From positions 2,897 through 66,896 of the forward strand of contig LBVV01000009.1 of NCBI GenBank assembly GCA_000993275.1: a DNA stretch of 64,000 bases, written 5' to 3'. The translations under genes and the position numbers were made by a program. Position 1 is the first letter of the stretch. Each line of letters starts with the position of its first letter. The notes beneath the pieces were generated by a model. It saw only the letters and a program-made list of their open reading frames with translations. It made no database searches and had not been told where the DNA came from. Source of the DNA: a candidate division CPR2 bacterium GW2011_GWC2_39_10. Its GTDB lineage: Bacteria; Patescibacteriota; CPR2. Below are positions 11,429 through 21,707 of the stretch, in pieces.

Positions 11429-11845
11429 ATGTTAATGCCCAGAAAAACCAAGTACAGAAAAAGCCATAAATTAGAAATAACCGGTAACGAAACCAGAGGA
11501 CTTGAACTTAGCTTTGGTCAATACGGATTAAAGGCTTTAGAACCCATTTGGTTAAATTCCAGACAGATTGAATCTGCCAGAAGGGCAATGACCAGATATA
11601 TTAAAAGAGGCGGTAAGATTTGGATTAGAGTCTTTCCGGCAAAACCGGTAACCAAAAAACCGCAGGAAGTTAGAATGGGTGGCGGAAAAGGAGCTGTAGA
11701 TCATTATGTGGCAGTTATCAGACCGGGCAGAGTATTGTTTGAAATGGATGGCGTTTCAAAAGAAGTTGCAAAAGAAGCCTTAAGGCTTGCATCTCATAAG
11801 CTTCCAATTAAAACCAAATTTATTTCCAAAGACGAGGTAGAATAA
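11429..11845 (+). CDS. rplP: 50S ribosomal protein L16
   Basis: [14 protein letters not shown]. Confidence 0.95.
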   Translation: MLMPRKTKYRKSHKLEITGNETRGLELSFGQYGLKALEPIWLNSRQIESARRAMTRYIKRGGKIWIRVFPAKPVTKKPQEVRMGGGKGAVDHYVAVIRPGRVLFEMDGVSKEVAKEALRLASHKLPIKTKFISKDEVE

Positions 11846-12069
11846 TGAAATACAAAGAATTTATTGCAAAAAATGATAAGCAACTGACTAAAGACTTGGC
11901 CGATGCTTTAAAAAATTTAAGGGAATTAAGATTTGGCATTGCAACCAGAGAAGTTAAAAATACAAAGGCAATAGTTAATGTAAGGAAAGATATTGCCAGA
12001 ATTTTGACCTTAAGAAGAGAAAGAGAAATTGCAAAGGTACTAAGTGAGGAGAGCAAAAATGAGTCGTAA
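11845..12069 (+). CDS. rpmC: 50S ribosomal protein L29
   Basis: LRELRFGIATREVKNT. Confidence 0.9.
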   Translation: MKYKEFIAKNDKQLTKDLADALKNLRELRFGIATREVKNTKAIVNVRKDIARILTLRREREIAKVLSEESKNES

Positions 12070-12355
12070 ATTAAAAGGGACGGTAGTCTCCGATAAAATG
12101 GATAAAACAGCAGTCGTAAGAGTTGACAGTCTAAAAACTCATCCGATTTACAAAAAAAAGTTTAAGGTTTCCAAAAAATATAAAATTCATGATGAAGGGA
12201 ATGTCTTAAAGGTTGGTGATGTTGTGGAGTTTGTCGAAACCAGACCAATTTCTAAAGACAAATCATGGGCGCTTTCCAAAGTATTAGAACAGGCTTCTTC
12301 GACAAGCTCACCTCGTGGTGACTCGCCGGAACCAGAACAGGCCAAGGGAGAATAA
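12059..12355 (+). CDS. rpsQ: 30S ribosomal protein S17, with an unusual acidic/Ser-rich C-terminal tail
   Basis: [19 protein letters not shown]. The ATG at 12059 after GGAGAG is preferred over the tool's 12044. Confidence 0.9.
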   Translation: MSRKLKGTVVSDKMDKTAVVRVDSLKTHPIYKKKFKVSKKYKIHDEGNVLKVGDVVEFVETRPISKDKSWALSKVLEQASSTSSPRGDSPEPEQAKGE

Positions 12356-12356
12356 A

Positions 12357-12725
12357 ATGATCCAGGAAAGAACAATGTTAAAAGTTGCAGACAACACCGG
12401 TGCGAAAATTATTCAATGCATTCGTGTTCTTGGCGGTACAAGGAAAAGAACCGCTGCAGTTGGCGAACTTATCGTTGGTACCGTCAAAAGTGCAATGCCT
12501 GGCGGGACGGTAAAAAAGAAGGAAGTTGTAAGGTGCGTTATTGTTAGAGCAGTCAAGGAACAGAAAAGAAAAGACGGCTCAACCATTCGCTTTGATGAAA
12601 ATGCTTGTGTAGTTATTAATAAAGAAGGAAATCCAAGAGGAACCAGAATTTTTGGTCCTGTTGGAAGAGAATTAAGAGATAAAGGTTATTCGAAAATCAT
12701 ATCGCTTGCACCGGAGGTATTATAA
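12357..12725 (+). CDS. rplN: 50S ribosomal protein L14
   Basis: [17 protein letters not shown]; start refined to the ATG at 12357. Confidence 0.95.
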   Translation: MIQERTMLKVADNTGAKIIQCIRVLGGTRKRTAAVGELIVGTVKSAMPGGTVKKKEVVRCVIVRAVKEQKRKDGSTIRFDENACVVINKEGNPRGTRIFGPVGRELRDKGYSKIISLAPEVL

Positions 12726-13031
12726 ATGAAAGTTAAAAAAGGCGACAATATACTCGTTACCGTTGGTAAGGATAAGGGCAAAACCGGCAAAGTTATGCAA
12801 GTTTTACCTTCAGACGCTGCAGTTATAGTTGAAGGTATCAATATTAAGAAAAAGGCTGTTAAAGCTTCGACAAAGATACCGGCCGGTGGCATTATTGAGG
12901 TTACAAAGTCGATTGATTCATCTAATTTAGCAGTTGTTTGTCCGAGATGTAATAAGCCGGCCAGAATGGGTTATACCGAAATAAAAGGCGGTAAGGTCAG
13001 AATTTGCAAGAGATGCAAGGAGAAAATCTAA
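12726..13031 (+). CDS. rplX: 50S ribosomal protein L24 (KOW domain) with a C-terminal C4 zinc-ribbon insert
   Basis: KKGDNILVTVGKDKGKTGKV KOW motif, then CPRCN...CKRCK. Confidence 0.9.
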   Translation: MKVKKGDNILVTVGKDKGKTGKVMQVLPSDAAVIVEGINIKKKAVKASTKIPAGGIIEVTKSIDSSNLAVVCPRCNKPARMGYTEIKGGKVRICKRCKEKI

Positions 13032-13582
13032 TGGCAAGACTAAAAGATTTATATAAGAAAGAAATAATAAAAAAGATGGAAACTGATTTTGGTTATACGA
13101 ACGCAATGGAGGTACCAAAAATAACGAAGATATCCGTAAACATTGGTGTCGGTCAAGCAATTACCAATTCCAAGTTGTTAGACGAGTTAGAAAATATTGT
13201 CGCTAAAATTACGGGTCAAAAACCAATCAGGACTATAGCCAAGAAATCCATCGCCGGTTTTAAATTAAGAGAAGGATATCCAATTGGCCTGTCTGTTATT
13301 CTAAGGGGCGAAAGAATGTATGATTTTTTAGATAGATTAGTTAATGTTGCTCTTCCGAGAGTCAGGGACTTTAGAGGCATAAAACCCAAAGCCTTTGACG
13401 GTAAAGGCAACTATTCGTTAGGAATTAATGAACATACAGTTTTTCCGGAGGTGTCGCATGATGATATTGTCGGAACGTATGGATTGCAGGTAAATATAAA
13501 TACTACCGCAACAAATAATGAAGAAGCCAAAAAGTTGTTAGAATATTTTGGATTTCCATTTAAGAAAGATGGGAGTAAATAA
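13032..13582 (+). CDS. rplE: 50S ribosomal protein L5
   Basis: [10 protein letters not shown]...NAMEVPKI; start refined to the ATG at 13032. Confidence 0.94.
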
Positions 13583-13584
13583 TT

Positions 13585-13770
13585 ATGGCAAGAAAAGCTT
13601 TAATAGAAAAAGCATTAAGAAAACCTAAATTTTCCACCCGAAAAATTAGTCGTTGCCAAATCTGTGGTCGGCCAAAAGCTTACATCAGAAAATACGGAAT
13701 GTGCAGAATCTGCTTCAGGGAAAGAGCGTCTAGGGGTGAAATTCCGGGTATAACTAAGAGTTCGTGGTAA
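13585..13770 (+). CDS. rpsZ: 30S ribosomal protein S14, type Z (zinc-binding)
   Basis: 61 aa; CQICGRP...CRICFRE. Confidence 0.93.
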   Translation: MARKALIEKALRKPKFSTRKISRCQICGRPKAYIRKYGMCRICFRERASRGEIPGITKSSW

Positions 13771-13795
13771 AATCTAAGGCAAAAAGGAGAAATAA

Positions 13796-14197
13796 ATGGC
13801 AGTATCAGATCCAATCGCTGACATGTTAACAAGAATAAGGAATGCCTTAAAAGTAAGAAAGGCAATAGTTGCATTACCGTCATCCAAGATGAAGATGGAT
13901 ATCCTTTCAATACTTAAAAAACGTGGTTTTATTGCCGATTTTAAGGAAATATCCAAAGAAGGTTTCAAAGAAATTGAAATAGAATTAAAGTATGAATCGG
14001 ATGGTCGAACCCCGGTTATTACTGAAACTTCCAGAATATCCAAACCCGGCAGGAGAGTGTACTCCAAAAAAGATGATATTCCGCGAGTAATGCAAGGTAG
14101 GGGCATTATCGTTATGTCAACTTCAAAAGGCATTATGTCTGGTGACGATGCTAAAAAAGAAGGTTTGGGAGGCGAAGTCCTTCTAAAAGCCTGGTAA
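13796..14197 (+). CDS. rpsH: 30S ribosomal protein S8
   Basis: SDPIADMLTRIRNA. Confidence 0.95.
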   Translation: MAVSDPIADMLTRIRNALKVRKAIVALPSSKMKMDILSILKKRGFIADFKEISKEGFKEIEIELKYESDGRTPVITETSRISKPGRRVYSKKDDIPRVMQGRGIIVMSTSKGIMSGDDAKKEGLGGEVLLKAW

Positions 14198-14218
14198 AGG
14201 GCAAAACCCTCACCCCTG

Positions 14219-14238
14219 CCCTCTCCCAATGGAGAGGG
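14219..14238 (+). other. Perfect 8-bp stem-loop (CCCTCTCC-CAAT-GGAGAGGG) in the rpsH-rplF spacer
   Basis: Seen directly in the sequence; no T-run follows, so it is not a classical terminator. Confidence 0.4.
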
Positions 14239-14270
14239 AGAAAGAGGAAGTTAATCTATAGGGAGAAAAA

Positions 14271-14810
14271 ATGTCAAGAATCGGAAAATTACCAATAGAA
14301 ATCCCAAGCGGAGTAACCGTAGACTTAGAACAAAATCTAGTTAAGGTTATCGGTGCAAAAGGCAGTTTAGAACTGGAAGTGTCTGACCTTTTAGTTATTA
14401 AAAAAGATGAAGCCAGCATTACGGTAGTGCCAAAGGAAGAAACAACAAGCGCCAGACAGCTTTGGGGCTTAACCAGAACTTTAGTTAGCAATATGGTGAT
14501 TGGAGTTTCTGAGGGTTACGAAAAAAAACTTGAAATAGTAGGTATTGGCTATAAGGCGCAGATGCAAGGAAATAAATTGGTAGTAAATGCCGGCTATTCT
14601 CATCCGGTAGAATTTAATCCGCCGGAAGGAATTAGTCTAAAAGTAGAAAAAAATACAATAACCGTTTCGGGTTTTGATAAACAATTGGTAGGCCAGGCAG
14701 CCGCGAATATTAGAGAAATTAGAAAGCCGGAACCATATAAGGGCAAGGGCATAAAGTATGTCGGCGAACATATTAGAAGAAAAGCTGGGAAAGCAGCTAA
14801 GGCGAGGTAA
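14271..14810 (+). CDS. rplF: 50S ribosomal protein L6
   Basis: MSRIGKLPIEIPSGV. Confidence 0.95.
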   Translation: MSRIGKLPIEIPSGVTVDLEQNLVKVIGAKGSLELEVSDLLVIKKDEASITVVPKEETTSARQLWGLTRTLVSNMVIGVSEGYEKKLEIVGIGYKAQMQGNKLVVNAGYSHPVEFNPPEGISLKVEKNTITVSGFDKQLVGQAAANIREIRKPEPYKGKGIKYVGEHIRRKAGKAAKAR

Positions 14811-14812
14811 AA

Positions 14813-15157
14813 ATGACTAAAAGAGAAGCATTAATTAGAAGAAAAAACAGAATAAGGCAAAAAATAAGCGGTAATGCAAAAAGACCAAGATTATCCGTTT
14901 ATACTTCCAATAACCACGTTATTGCCCAACTGATTAACGATGAAAAGGGTAATACTATTGCTTATGCAACCGATATTAATATAAAAAATACTAAAGGTAC
15001 AAAGACCCAAATTGCAGCCTTGGTTGGGACAGAAATTGCCAAAATGGCAAAAACCAAAAAAATTGACGAAGTGGTTTTTGACAGAGGCGGTAAACTATAC
15101 CATGGCCGTGTTAAAGCGTTAGCTGAAGCTGCAAGAGAAGCCGGTCTTAAATTTTAA
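14813..15157 (+). CDS. rplR: 50S ribosomal protein L18
   Basis: RPRLSVYTSNNHVIAQLIND. Confidence 0.93.
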   Translation: MTKREALIRRKNRIRQKISGNAKRPRLSVYTSNNHVIAQLINDEKGNTIAYATDINIKNTKGTKTQIAALVGTEIAKMAKTKKIDEVVFDRGGKLYHGRVKALAEAAREAGLKF

Positions 15158-15166
15158 GGGGAAAAT

Positions 15167-15844
15167 ATGGCAGATTTTGTGAAGTCCGAAGAGAAATTAT
15201 ATGATGAAAGAGTCGTACAAATCGACCGAATCACCCGTGTAGTTGCCGGTGGCAGAAGGCTTAGATTTAGAGCAACCGTAGTGGTTGGAGACAAAAACGG
15301 CAGTGTTGGTGTTGGCATAGCTAAGGGTCGTGAGGTTGTTTTGGCAATTAACAAAGCTTCCCAAAAGGCTCGAAAAAGCATGGTTAAAGTTACCCTTAAA
15401 GGCACAACTATCCCTCATGAAGTCATGGTGAAATTCAGTGGCGCGAAAGTTTTTCTTAAACCCGCATCTAAGGGTACCGGTGTTATTGCCGGCGGAGCGG
15501 TACGCGCAGTGGTGGAGGTTGCCGGCATCCATGATATTTTAAGTAAAATGATTGGTTCTTCCAATAAAATCAATAATGTTTATGCAACTTTTGAAGCTCT
15601 AAAGCAATTAAAGGCAATAAACAATAAACAAGAAACAATAAACAAGAAAACAGAAAAGAAAATGGTAGAAAACCCTGTTAAGGAAGAAAATGAAATCGAA
15701 GAAAAGGCTGATGAAGCAGTAAAGGAAGAAATTGCTAAATCACCAAAAATAGAAAAAGAAAAAGCTGCCGAAGCGGTAAAAATTGAAAAAAAAGAAACTA
15801 AGGCAAAAAAAGATATTAAAGAAGTAAAAAAGAGTAGTAAATAA
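15167..15844 (+). CDS. rpsE: 30S ribosomal protein S5 with a ~70-aa Lys/Glu-rich C-terminal extension
   Basis: [22 protein letters not shown] core, then a KEE/KKE low-complexity tail. Confidence 0.93.
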   Translation: MADFVKSEEKLYDERVVQIDRITRVVAGGRRLRFRATVVVGDKNGSVGVGIAKGREVVLAINKASQKARKSMVKVTLKGTTIPHEVMVKFSGAKVFLKPASKGTGVIAGGAVRAVVEVAGIHDILSKMIGSSNKINNVYATFEALKQLKAINNKQETINKKTEKKMVENPVKEENEIEEKADEAVKEEIAKSPKIEKEKAAEAVKIEKKETKAKKDIKEVKKSSK

Positions 15845-16278
15845 TGAAGTTACACGAAATTACCCAAAAAGTTGGGAAAAAGTCAAAAAGAATTGGTCGC
15901 GGAATTGGTTCCGGGCGAGGCAAAACTGCCGGACGAGGAACAAAAGGTCAAAACTCCAGAACCGGAGGCGGAGTTAGGCCCGGCTTTGAAGGCGGACAGA
16001 CGCCTCTTATTAGGAGAATCCCCAAACTTAAAGGTTTTAAATCCAGAAATCCAAAAGCCAAAGTTATTAATTTGGATGATTTAAATAAATTAAGTGATGG
16101 CGCCAAGATTAATGACGGGACGCTGGTTGCATCCGGTCTGATTTTAAAGGGCCAAAAGTACAAGATATTGAACAGCGGCAATCTTGAAAAAAAATTGACC
16201 CTAGATACAGAAAGCGTTTCTAAAGAAGCCAAAAAAATTATTGATAAATCCACAAAAGAAGCCAAAAAAGCATCATAG
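15844..16278 (+). CDS. rplO: 50S ribosomal protein L15. It directly follows rpsE and there is no L30 gene.
   Basis: GRGIGSGRGKTAGRGTKGQ. Confidence 0.94.
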   Translation: MKLHEITQKVGKKSKRIGRGIGSGRGKTAGRGTKGQNSRTGGGVRPGFEGGQTPLIRRIPKLKGFKSRNPKAKVINLDDLNKLSDGAKINDGTLVASGLILKGQKYKILNSGNLEKKLTLDTESVSKEAKKIIDKSTKEAKKAS

Positions 16279-16364
16279 TTTAGTAAAGAATTGTATATTA
16301 GATCTTTATTAAATTAAAATCGATATATATGGATGGGCTTAAATAAGTCCGAAAGGTAAATTCG

Positions 16365-17681
16365 TTGGAAACAATAAAAGCTATTATCAAAAATAAGGAA
16401 CTTAGAGGAAAGATTTTTTATGTTGCCTTTATTTTGGTTATTTTTAGACTTGTTTCCCATGTTCCGGTTCCGGGTCCGGATCCGGAATTGATCAGACAAT
16501 TTATAAGCGGTTATTTCAATCAAAGTTCGGCATTAGGAGTGTATGAAATCTTAACCGGCGGCGGTTTAAGTAAATTTTCCATACTCTTGATGGGCGTAGG
16601 TCCGTATATTACAGCATCCATTATCATGCAGCTTTTAACTATGGTTGTTCCAAGCCTTCATGCTCTATCCAAGGAAGGTGAACAGGGGCATCACAAAATT
16701 AATCAGTATTCGAGATACCTAACTGTACCAATTTCGATTATTCAGGGTTATTCGATGCTTAAAATCATTGATAATTCTTCCACCGCTATTTTGGACGGAA
16801 CCAGACTAATTGGAAATCCGGGTGTGGGAACTTGGGCGCTAATGTTATTTGCTACAACCGTTGGAACACTTTTTCTGATGTGGATCGGCGAACTTATTAC
16901 CGAAAAAGGCATTGGTAACGGAGTTTCCTTAATAATCTTTGCCGGAATTGTGGCCGGACTTCCGGTTTCAATTTCTAACCAGATTAAAAATATTACTTAC
17001 GAAGGCGGTTTTACACCCACCATTTTCTGGAAAGACATTGGGTTTTTGGTTGCTGGCGCCCTGGCTATTTTTGCGGTTGTTATTATTACCGAAGGTGTCA
17101 GGAAAATTCCAATTTCTTATGCAAAAAAAGTTCGAGGAAATAAAATTTACGGGGGTATGGATACCCATTTACCGGTTAAAGTGAACACGGCTGGTGTTAT
17201 CCCAATTATCTTTGCAGGTGCTTTTATGAGCTTGCCGCAGGTTGTAGGTTTGCTATCTAATGCTAAAACGGCATTTATAGCAAATTTTGCCAAATGGACG
17301 CAGGTTGCTTTCTCTTATGGTAAATGGCCGTATGTTGTTGCTTATTTCTTTTTAATAGTCGGATTTACATATTTTTCCACCTTTTTATACTTTAAACCGG
17401 ATGAGGTATCCGAAAATGTTCAGAAGCATGGCGGGTTTATTCCCGGAATACGCCCCGGCAGACAAACCGCAGAGTATCTCAAGTACGTTTTAAATAGGCT
17501 GACTTTAACCGGATCGGTATTCTTAGGTGTTATTGCGTCAATGCCATTTTTCCTTCAGTATTTCACGGGCGATCCAAGCTTGACAATAGGCGGTACCGGA
17601 CTTCTAATCGTGGTTTCGGTAGTTTTAGAAACAATGAAAAAAGTTCAGGCTCAGCTTATAATGCGTACGTATGAGAAATAA
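16365..17681 (+). CDS. secY: Preprotein translocase SecY
   Basis: 10-TM protein with GVGPYITASIIMQLL. The TTG start is uncertain. Confidence 0.93.
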   Translation: METIKAIIKNKELRGKIFYVAFILVIFRLVSHVPVPGPDPELIRQFISGYFNQSSALGVYEILTGGGLSKFSILLMGVGPYITASIIMQLLTMVVPSLHALSKEGEQGHHKINQYSRYLTVPISIIQGYSMLKIIDNSSTAILDGTRLIGNPGVGTWALMLFATTVGTLFLMWIGELITEKGIGNGVSLIIFAGIVAGLPVSISNQIKNITYEGGFTPTIFWKDIGFLVAGALAIFAVVIITEGVRKIPISYAKKVRGNKIYGGMDTHLPVKVNTAGVIPIIFAGAFMSLPQVVGLLSNAKTAFIANFAKWTQVAFSYGKWPYVVAYFFLIVGFTYFSTFLYFKPDEVSENVQKHGGFIPGIRPGRQTAEYLKYVLNRLTLTGSVFLGVIASMPFFLQYFTGDPSLTIGGTGLLIVVSVVLETMKKVQAQLIMRTYEK

Positions 17682-17761
17682 GATAATGAAAACCCTTGCA
17701 AAAGAGCAAAAATTATAGTATATTAATTAGGTCTTAAATTTAAGGCAAGAAAGTACCAAGA

Positions 17762-17983
17762 ATGACTGATACAAAGGAAGTAATTGAGTTAACGGGAACC
17801 GTCCTCGAAACTCTGCCAAACGCAATGTTTAGGGTAGAGTTGGAGAACGGACATGTTATTTTAGCGCATATCTCCGGCAAAATGAGAATGCACTATATCA
17901 AGATTTTGCCTGGAGACAAAGTTACGGTTGAAATGACCCCATACGATTTAACTAAAGGCCGAATCACATTCAGGCTAAAGTAG
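17762..17983 (+). CDS. infA: Translation initiation factor IF-1
   Basis: S1-like fold; [16 protein letters not shown]. Confidence 0.93.
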   Translation: MTDTKEVIELTGTVLETLPNAMFRVELENGHVILAHISGKMRMHYIKILPGDKVTVEMTPYDLTKGRITFRLK

Positions 17984-17984
17984 A

Positions 17985-18036
17985 TCAGGACAGGAAACAG
18001 GAAACAGGAAACAGTAATCAGGAAACAAAGGAAATA
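17985..18036 (+). repeat. Tandem heptamer (CAGGAAA)n microsatellite in the infA-rpmJ spacer
   Basis: CAGGAAACAGGAAACAGGAAACAG... seen directly. Confidence 0.6.
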
Positions 18037-18041
18037 TAGAT

Positions 18042-18155
18042 ATGAAAGTGCGAGCAAGTGTAAAACAAATATGTATGAAATGTAAGGTAATCCGCCGAAA
18101 AGGTGTTTTGCGGGTCATTTGTGAAAACCCCAAACACAAGCAAAGGCAAGGATAA
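18042..18155 (+). CDS. rpmJ: 50S ribosomal protein L36 (37 aa). It is absent from the ORF track because it is shorter than 60 aa.
   Basis: Translation [37 protein letters not shown], with the C..C...C..H zinc ribbon. Confidence 0.93.
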   Translation: MKVRASVKQICMKCKVIRRKGVLRVICENPKHKQRQG

Positions 18156-18238
18156 AACAAGTTAAACGGTTAGGCAGTTAAATAGGAATTTGTAACTAAT
18201 CAACTAATCAACTGATAGACTGATACCAAAGGAGAAAA

Positions 18239-18625
18239 ATGGCGAGAGTAAAAGGTGTAGACCTTCCAAGAGAAAAAAGAATAGAAATTGCCCTTACATA
18301 TATTTACGGTATTGGGCTCACGAGAAGTCATAAAATTCTTGAACAGGCAAAAATAAATGCTGATACCAGAGTTAGTAAGCTTACCGAATCGGAAGTAAAT
18401 AGAATTAGAGAAATTATTGAGAAGAATTTTACAGTTGAGGGCGATTTAAGAAGAGAAGTTCAAACCGATATAAAAAGATTAAAAGACATAAGTTCCTATA
18501 GGGGAAATAGGCATAAAGCCGGTTTGCCGGTTAGGGGGCAGCGAACGAAAACAAATTCCAGAACCAAAAGAGGCAGAAAAGTAACCATTGGTTCAGGAAA
18601 GAAGAAAGCGCCCGGAAAAACTTAA
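18239..18625 (+). CDS. rpsM: 30S ribosomal protein S13
   Basis: [26 protein letters not shown]. Confidence 0.95.
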   Translation: MARVKGVDLPREKRIEIALTYIYGIGLTRSHKILEQAKINADTRVSKLTESEVNRIREIIEKNFTVEGDLRREVQTDIKRLKDISSYRGNRHKAGLPVRGQRTKTNSRTKRGRKVTIGSGKKKAPGKT

Positions 18626-18652
18626 AAATTTAAATCCAAAACGGAGATATTA

Positions 18653-19045
18653 ATGGCAGCAAAGAAATCAGTTGCGAAAAAAAAGAAAATTAAAAAAGTT
18701 GTCGTCGAAGGCAAGGCCTTTGTACGGTCTACTTTTAATAACACCATAATTACCATTTCCGATAAAGATGGCAATGTTCTTGCTTGGGATAGTTCCGGAG
18801 CTTCCGGTTTTAAAGGTTCCAGAAAAAGCACTCCCTATGCAGCTCAGGTTGCAGCTTCACATGTTGCCGACAAGGCCAAAGCTTATGGCATCAGAAAAGT
18901 TTCTGTTTTTGTAAAAGGTATTGGAAGCGGCAGAGAAACTGCTGTCAGATCAATCCAAAATAGCGGCATTGATGTCACTTCAATAAAAGATATAACTCCA
19001 ATTCCACATAATGGTTGCAGACCAAGAAAGCCGAGGAGAGTATAA
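18653..19045 (+). CDS. rpsK: 30S ribosomal protein S11
   Basis: [15 protein letters not shown]... Confidence 0.95.
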   Translation: MAAKKSVAKKKKIKKVVVEGKAFVRSTFNNTIITISDKDGNVLAWDSSGASGFKGSRKSTPYAAQVAASHVADKAKAYGIRKVSVFVKGIGSGRETAVRSIQNSGIDVTSIKDITPIPHNGCRPRKPRRV

Positions 19046-19677
19046 TGGCAAGAATGAAAGATGCTCAGTGCAGACTTTGCCGAAGAGCAGGTCAAAAACT
19101 ATTTTTAAAGGGCGATAGATGTTTGGGTCCGAAATGCGCCATCATAACCAAAAACTATCCGCCGGGACAGCATGGTGTTTCCGGTTCCAGAAAATCGTCC
19201 GCTTACGCTATGGCTTTAAAGGAAAAGCAAAAAGTTAAAAGAATGTATGGCGTTTTAGAAAGACAGTTTCGAAATTATTATAAAGCTGCCGATGGGAAAG
19301 AAGGCGTAACCGGAACAATACTTTTACAGTATTTAGAAAAAAGACTAGATAATACTGTTTATCGCTTAGGCTTTGCTTCATCCAGAAGGGCGTCCAGACA
19401 ATTAGTTAACCATGGACATTTTACGGTTAACGGAAAAAAAGTTGATATCCCGTCGTTTCAGGTTAAAAAAGGCGATAAAATAGAAATTTCCGAATTTTCC
19501 AAAAATGATAAATATTTTAAGGAAATATTAAAAGATATTTTAGTAAAGGCAGATGTTCCGCAGTGGTTAAAACAAGACAGTAAAAAAATGACCGGAGAAG
19601 TAACCGGCGAACCGCTAAGAGAAAACATGGACCCGTCCATTCAAGAAGCATTAATAGTCGAGCTATATTCAAAATAA
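19045..19677 (+). CDS. rpsD: 30S ribosomal protein S4 (zinc-finger form)
   Basis: CRLCRRAG...CLGPKC; start refined to the ATG at 19045. Confidence 0.93.
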   Translation: MARMKDAQCRLCRRAGQKLFLKGDRCLGPKCAIITKNYPPGQHGVSGSRKSSAYAMALKEKQKVKRMYGVLERQFRNYYKAADGKEGVTGTILLQYLEKRLDNTVYRLGFASSRRASRQLVNHGHFTVNGKKVDIPSFQVKKGDKIEISEFSKNDKYFKEILKDILVKADVPQWLKQDSKKMTGEVTGEPLRENMDPSIQEALIVELYSK

Positions 19678-19697
19678 TCCTTTAAAGGAGGATATAA

Positions 19698-20648
19698 GTG
19701 ATACAGAATATTCATCTCCCAGAAATTAAAACAATTAAGGAAACCGGCAACCAAGGATCTTACTCCGTTGAGCCTCTTTATCCGGGCTACGGTATGACTC
19801 TTGGCAATTCGCTAAGAAGAGTGATTTTATCTTCTCTTCCGGGGTCTGCGGTGACTGCTGTTAAAATTGACGGGGTAACCCACGAGTTTACAACAATCCC
19901 TCATGTAAAAGAGGACATTGTTGAGATCATTCTTAACCTTAAGCAATTAACTGTCAAATCGCATTCTGAAGAAGAGCAGTATTTGTACTTAAGTGCTTCA
20001 GGTGAAGGCAAGGTAACTGCAAGGGATATCAAAGCCCCTTCTCAGGTAGAGATTTTAAATCCCGATCTTGAAATTGCCACTTTGGGCAATGCTAAAGCCA
20101 AGTTTGAAATGGAAATTAAAGTAGAGCAAGGCAGAGGCTATGTTCCGGTTGATAAAAGAGAAGGCGAAAAGTTACAAGTTGGCATGATTGCGATAGACGC
20201 TATTTATACGCCGGTTAAAAAGGTTCGTTATACCGTTGAAAGCACACGTGTCGGACAAATGACAGATCTTGACAAATTAATTATCGAACTTGAAACCGAT
20301 GGAACAATTTCTCCAAAGGAAGCAATTGTTCAAGCTTCAGAAATTTTAGTCAATCATTTCTTGGTTTTAGCCGGAAAAGAGGTTAAGGGTCAAGGTATGG
20401 TCACGGAAGGTGTGAAACCGGAAAAAAGTGCGGAAGACGCCGCTTCTAAAATTTTGGTTGAAGAAGTTAATCTTTCACCGCGCACTACTAATGCACTTCT
20501 AAACAACGATATCAAAACAATTGCCGATGTTCTAAATCTAACCGATGAAGAACTAAAAAGCCTTAAAGGCTTCGGCAACAAGGCTTATCAGGAAGTTAGA
20601 GAGAAGCTTGACGAATTAGGGTTTAATTTTGAGGTAGCTGGAGAGTAA
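19698..20648 (+). CDS. rpoA: DNA-directed RNA polymerase subunit alpha
   Basis: GTG start after AAAGGAGG; N- and C-terminal alpha domains. Confidence 0.95.
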   Translation: MIQNIHLPEIKTIKETGNQGSYSVEPLYPGYGMTLGNSLRRVILSSLPGSAVTAVKIDGVTHEFTTIPHVKEDIVEIILNLKQLTVKSHSEEEQYLYLSASGEGKVTARDIKAPSQVEILNPDLEIATLGNAKAKFEMEIKVEQGRGYVPVDKREGEKLQVGMIAIDAIYTPVKKVRYTVESTRVGQMTDLDKLIIELETDGTISPKEAIVQASEILVNHFLVLAGKEVKGQGMVTEGVKPEKSAEDAASKILVEEVNLSPRTTNALLNNDIKTIADVLNLTDEELKSLKGFGNKAYQEVREKLDELGFNFEVAGE

Positions 20649-20649
20649 A

Positions 20650-21141
20650 ATGCATAGACACAAATACGTCGGTCGAAAATTTGGAAGAGAAAAAGGCCCA
20701 AGAGAAGCTTTAATTAAGAACTTGGCAACCTCTTTAATTCTTCACGAAAGAATAGAAACCACTTTGGCGAAAGCAAAAGAAATTAGGCCTGTTGTAGAAA
20801 AAATTATTACCAAGGGCAAAAAAGGCGATTTAGCTGCCAGAAGACAGCTTCTAAAAAAACTGCCTGAAAATGCTGCTGCAAAAGTTATAGAAAAACTATC
20901 TGTTGAATATAAAGAAACTCCCGGCGGTTATACCAGAATTTTAAAAACCGGGTTTCGAGGTGGGGATGGAGCACCAACAGCAATAATTGAATTTACCGGA
21001 GCCGAAGTTGCCATCAAAGAAGAGAAAAAGGCCAGAGAGGCTAAAAAGGAAGCCAGAAAAGTAAAGAAAGAGACTAAAGAAAAAAAGCCGGCCGCAAAGA
21101 AGAAAGAAATAGCCAAAAAGCTTAAAGGAGCTTCGAAATGA
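20650..21141 (+). CDS. rplQ: 50S ribosomal protein L17 with a Lys-rich C-terminal extension
   Basis: HRHKYVGRKFGR...LILHERIETT. Confidence 0.93.
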   Translation: MHRHKYVGRKFGREKGPREALIKNLATSLILHERIETTLAKAKEIRPVVEKIITKGKKGDLAARRQLLKKLPENAAAKVIEKLSVEYKETPGGYTRILKTGFRGGDGAPTAIIEFTGAEVAIKEEKKAREAKKEARKVKKETKEKKPAAKKKEIAKKLKGASK

Positions 21142-21563
21142 AAACATACGTAACTAAACCGGCGGAAATAGTTAGAAAATGGTATTTGATTGACGGAAAC
21201 GATGTAGTTTTAGGACGTCTGTCAACAAATGTTGCCGATCTGCTTCGGGGTAAAAGAAAAGCTCATTTTTCCCCATCAGTTGATTGCGGCGACTTTGTAG
21301 TGGTTATTAATGCTTCTCAAATTAAAACCACCGGAAACAAAGAAGAAAAGAAAAAATATTACAGACATTCATGGTATCCGGGCGGGCTTAAAGAAGCAAC
21401 TTTAAGAGAAGTTAAAGCAAAAGACGACAGAATACCCTTATTTTTAGCGGTTAAGGGAATGCTGCCCAAAAATAAACTGCAAAATGAAATGTTAAAAAGG
21501 TTAAAAATATACTCTGGTAGCGACCATCCGCATACCCAGCAATTAGAAGAATACAAAGTATAA
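21138..21563 (+). CDS. rplM: 50S ribosomal protein L13
   Basis: MKTYVTKPAEIVRKWYLIDG. Confidence 0.94.
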   Translation: MKTYVTKPAEIVRKWYLIDGNDVVLGRLSTNVADLLRGKRKAHFSPSVDCGDFVVVINASQIKTTGNKEEKKKYYRHSWYPGGLKEATLREVKAKDDRIPLFLAVKGMLPKNKLQNEMLKRLKIYSGSDHPHTQQLEEYKV

Positions 21564-21625
21564 ATCAAAAGTCAAAATGCATAAAGAATTATATTCAAAA
21601 ATCACTATCTAAATACCCTTAACTG

Positions 21626-21650
21626 TCATTCCCGCGGAGGCGGGAATCCA
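21626..21650. repeat. Palindromic hairpin of the GTCATTCC family (ATTCCCGC-GGAG-GCGGGAAT)
   Basis: Lies in the rplM-rpsI spacer. Confidence 0.6.
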
Positions 21651-21707
21651 GAAGCCTAAAATAGGCAATAAGGATTAGTGAAAGAAAAACCCCAAGAGGA
21701 GACATTA

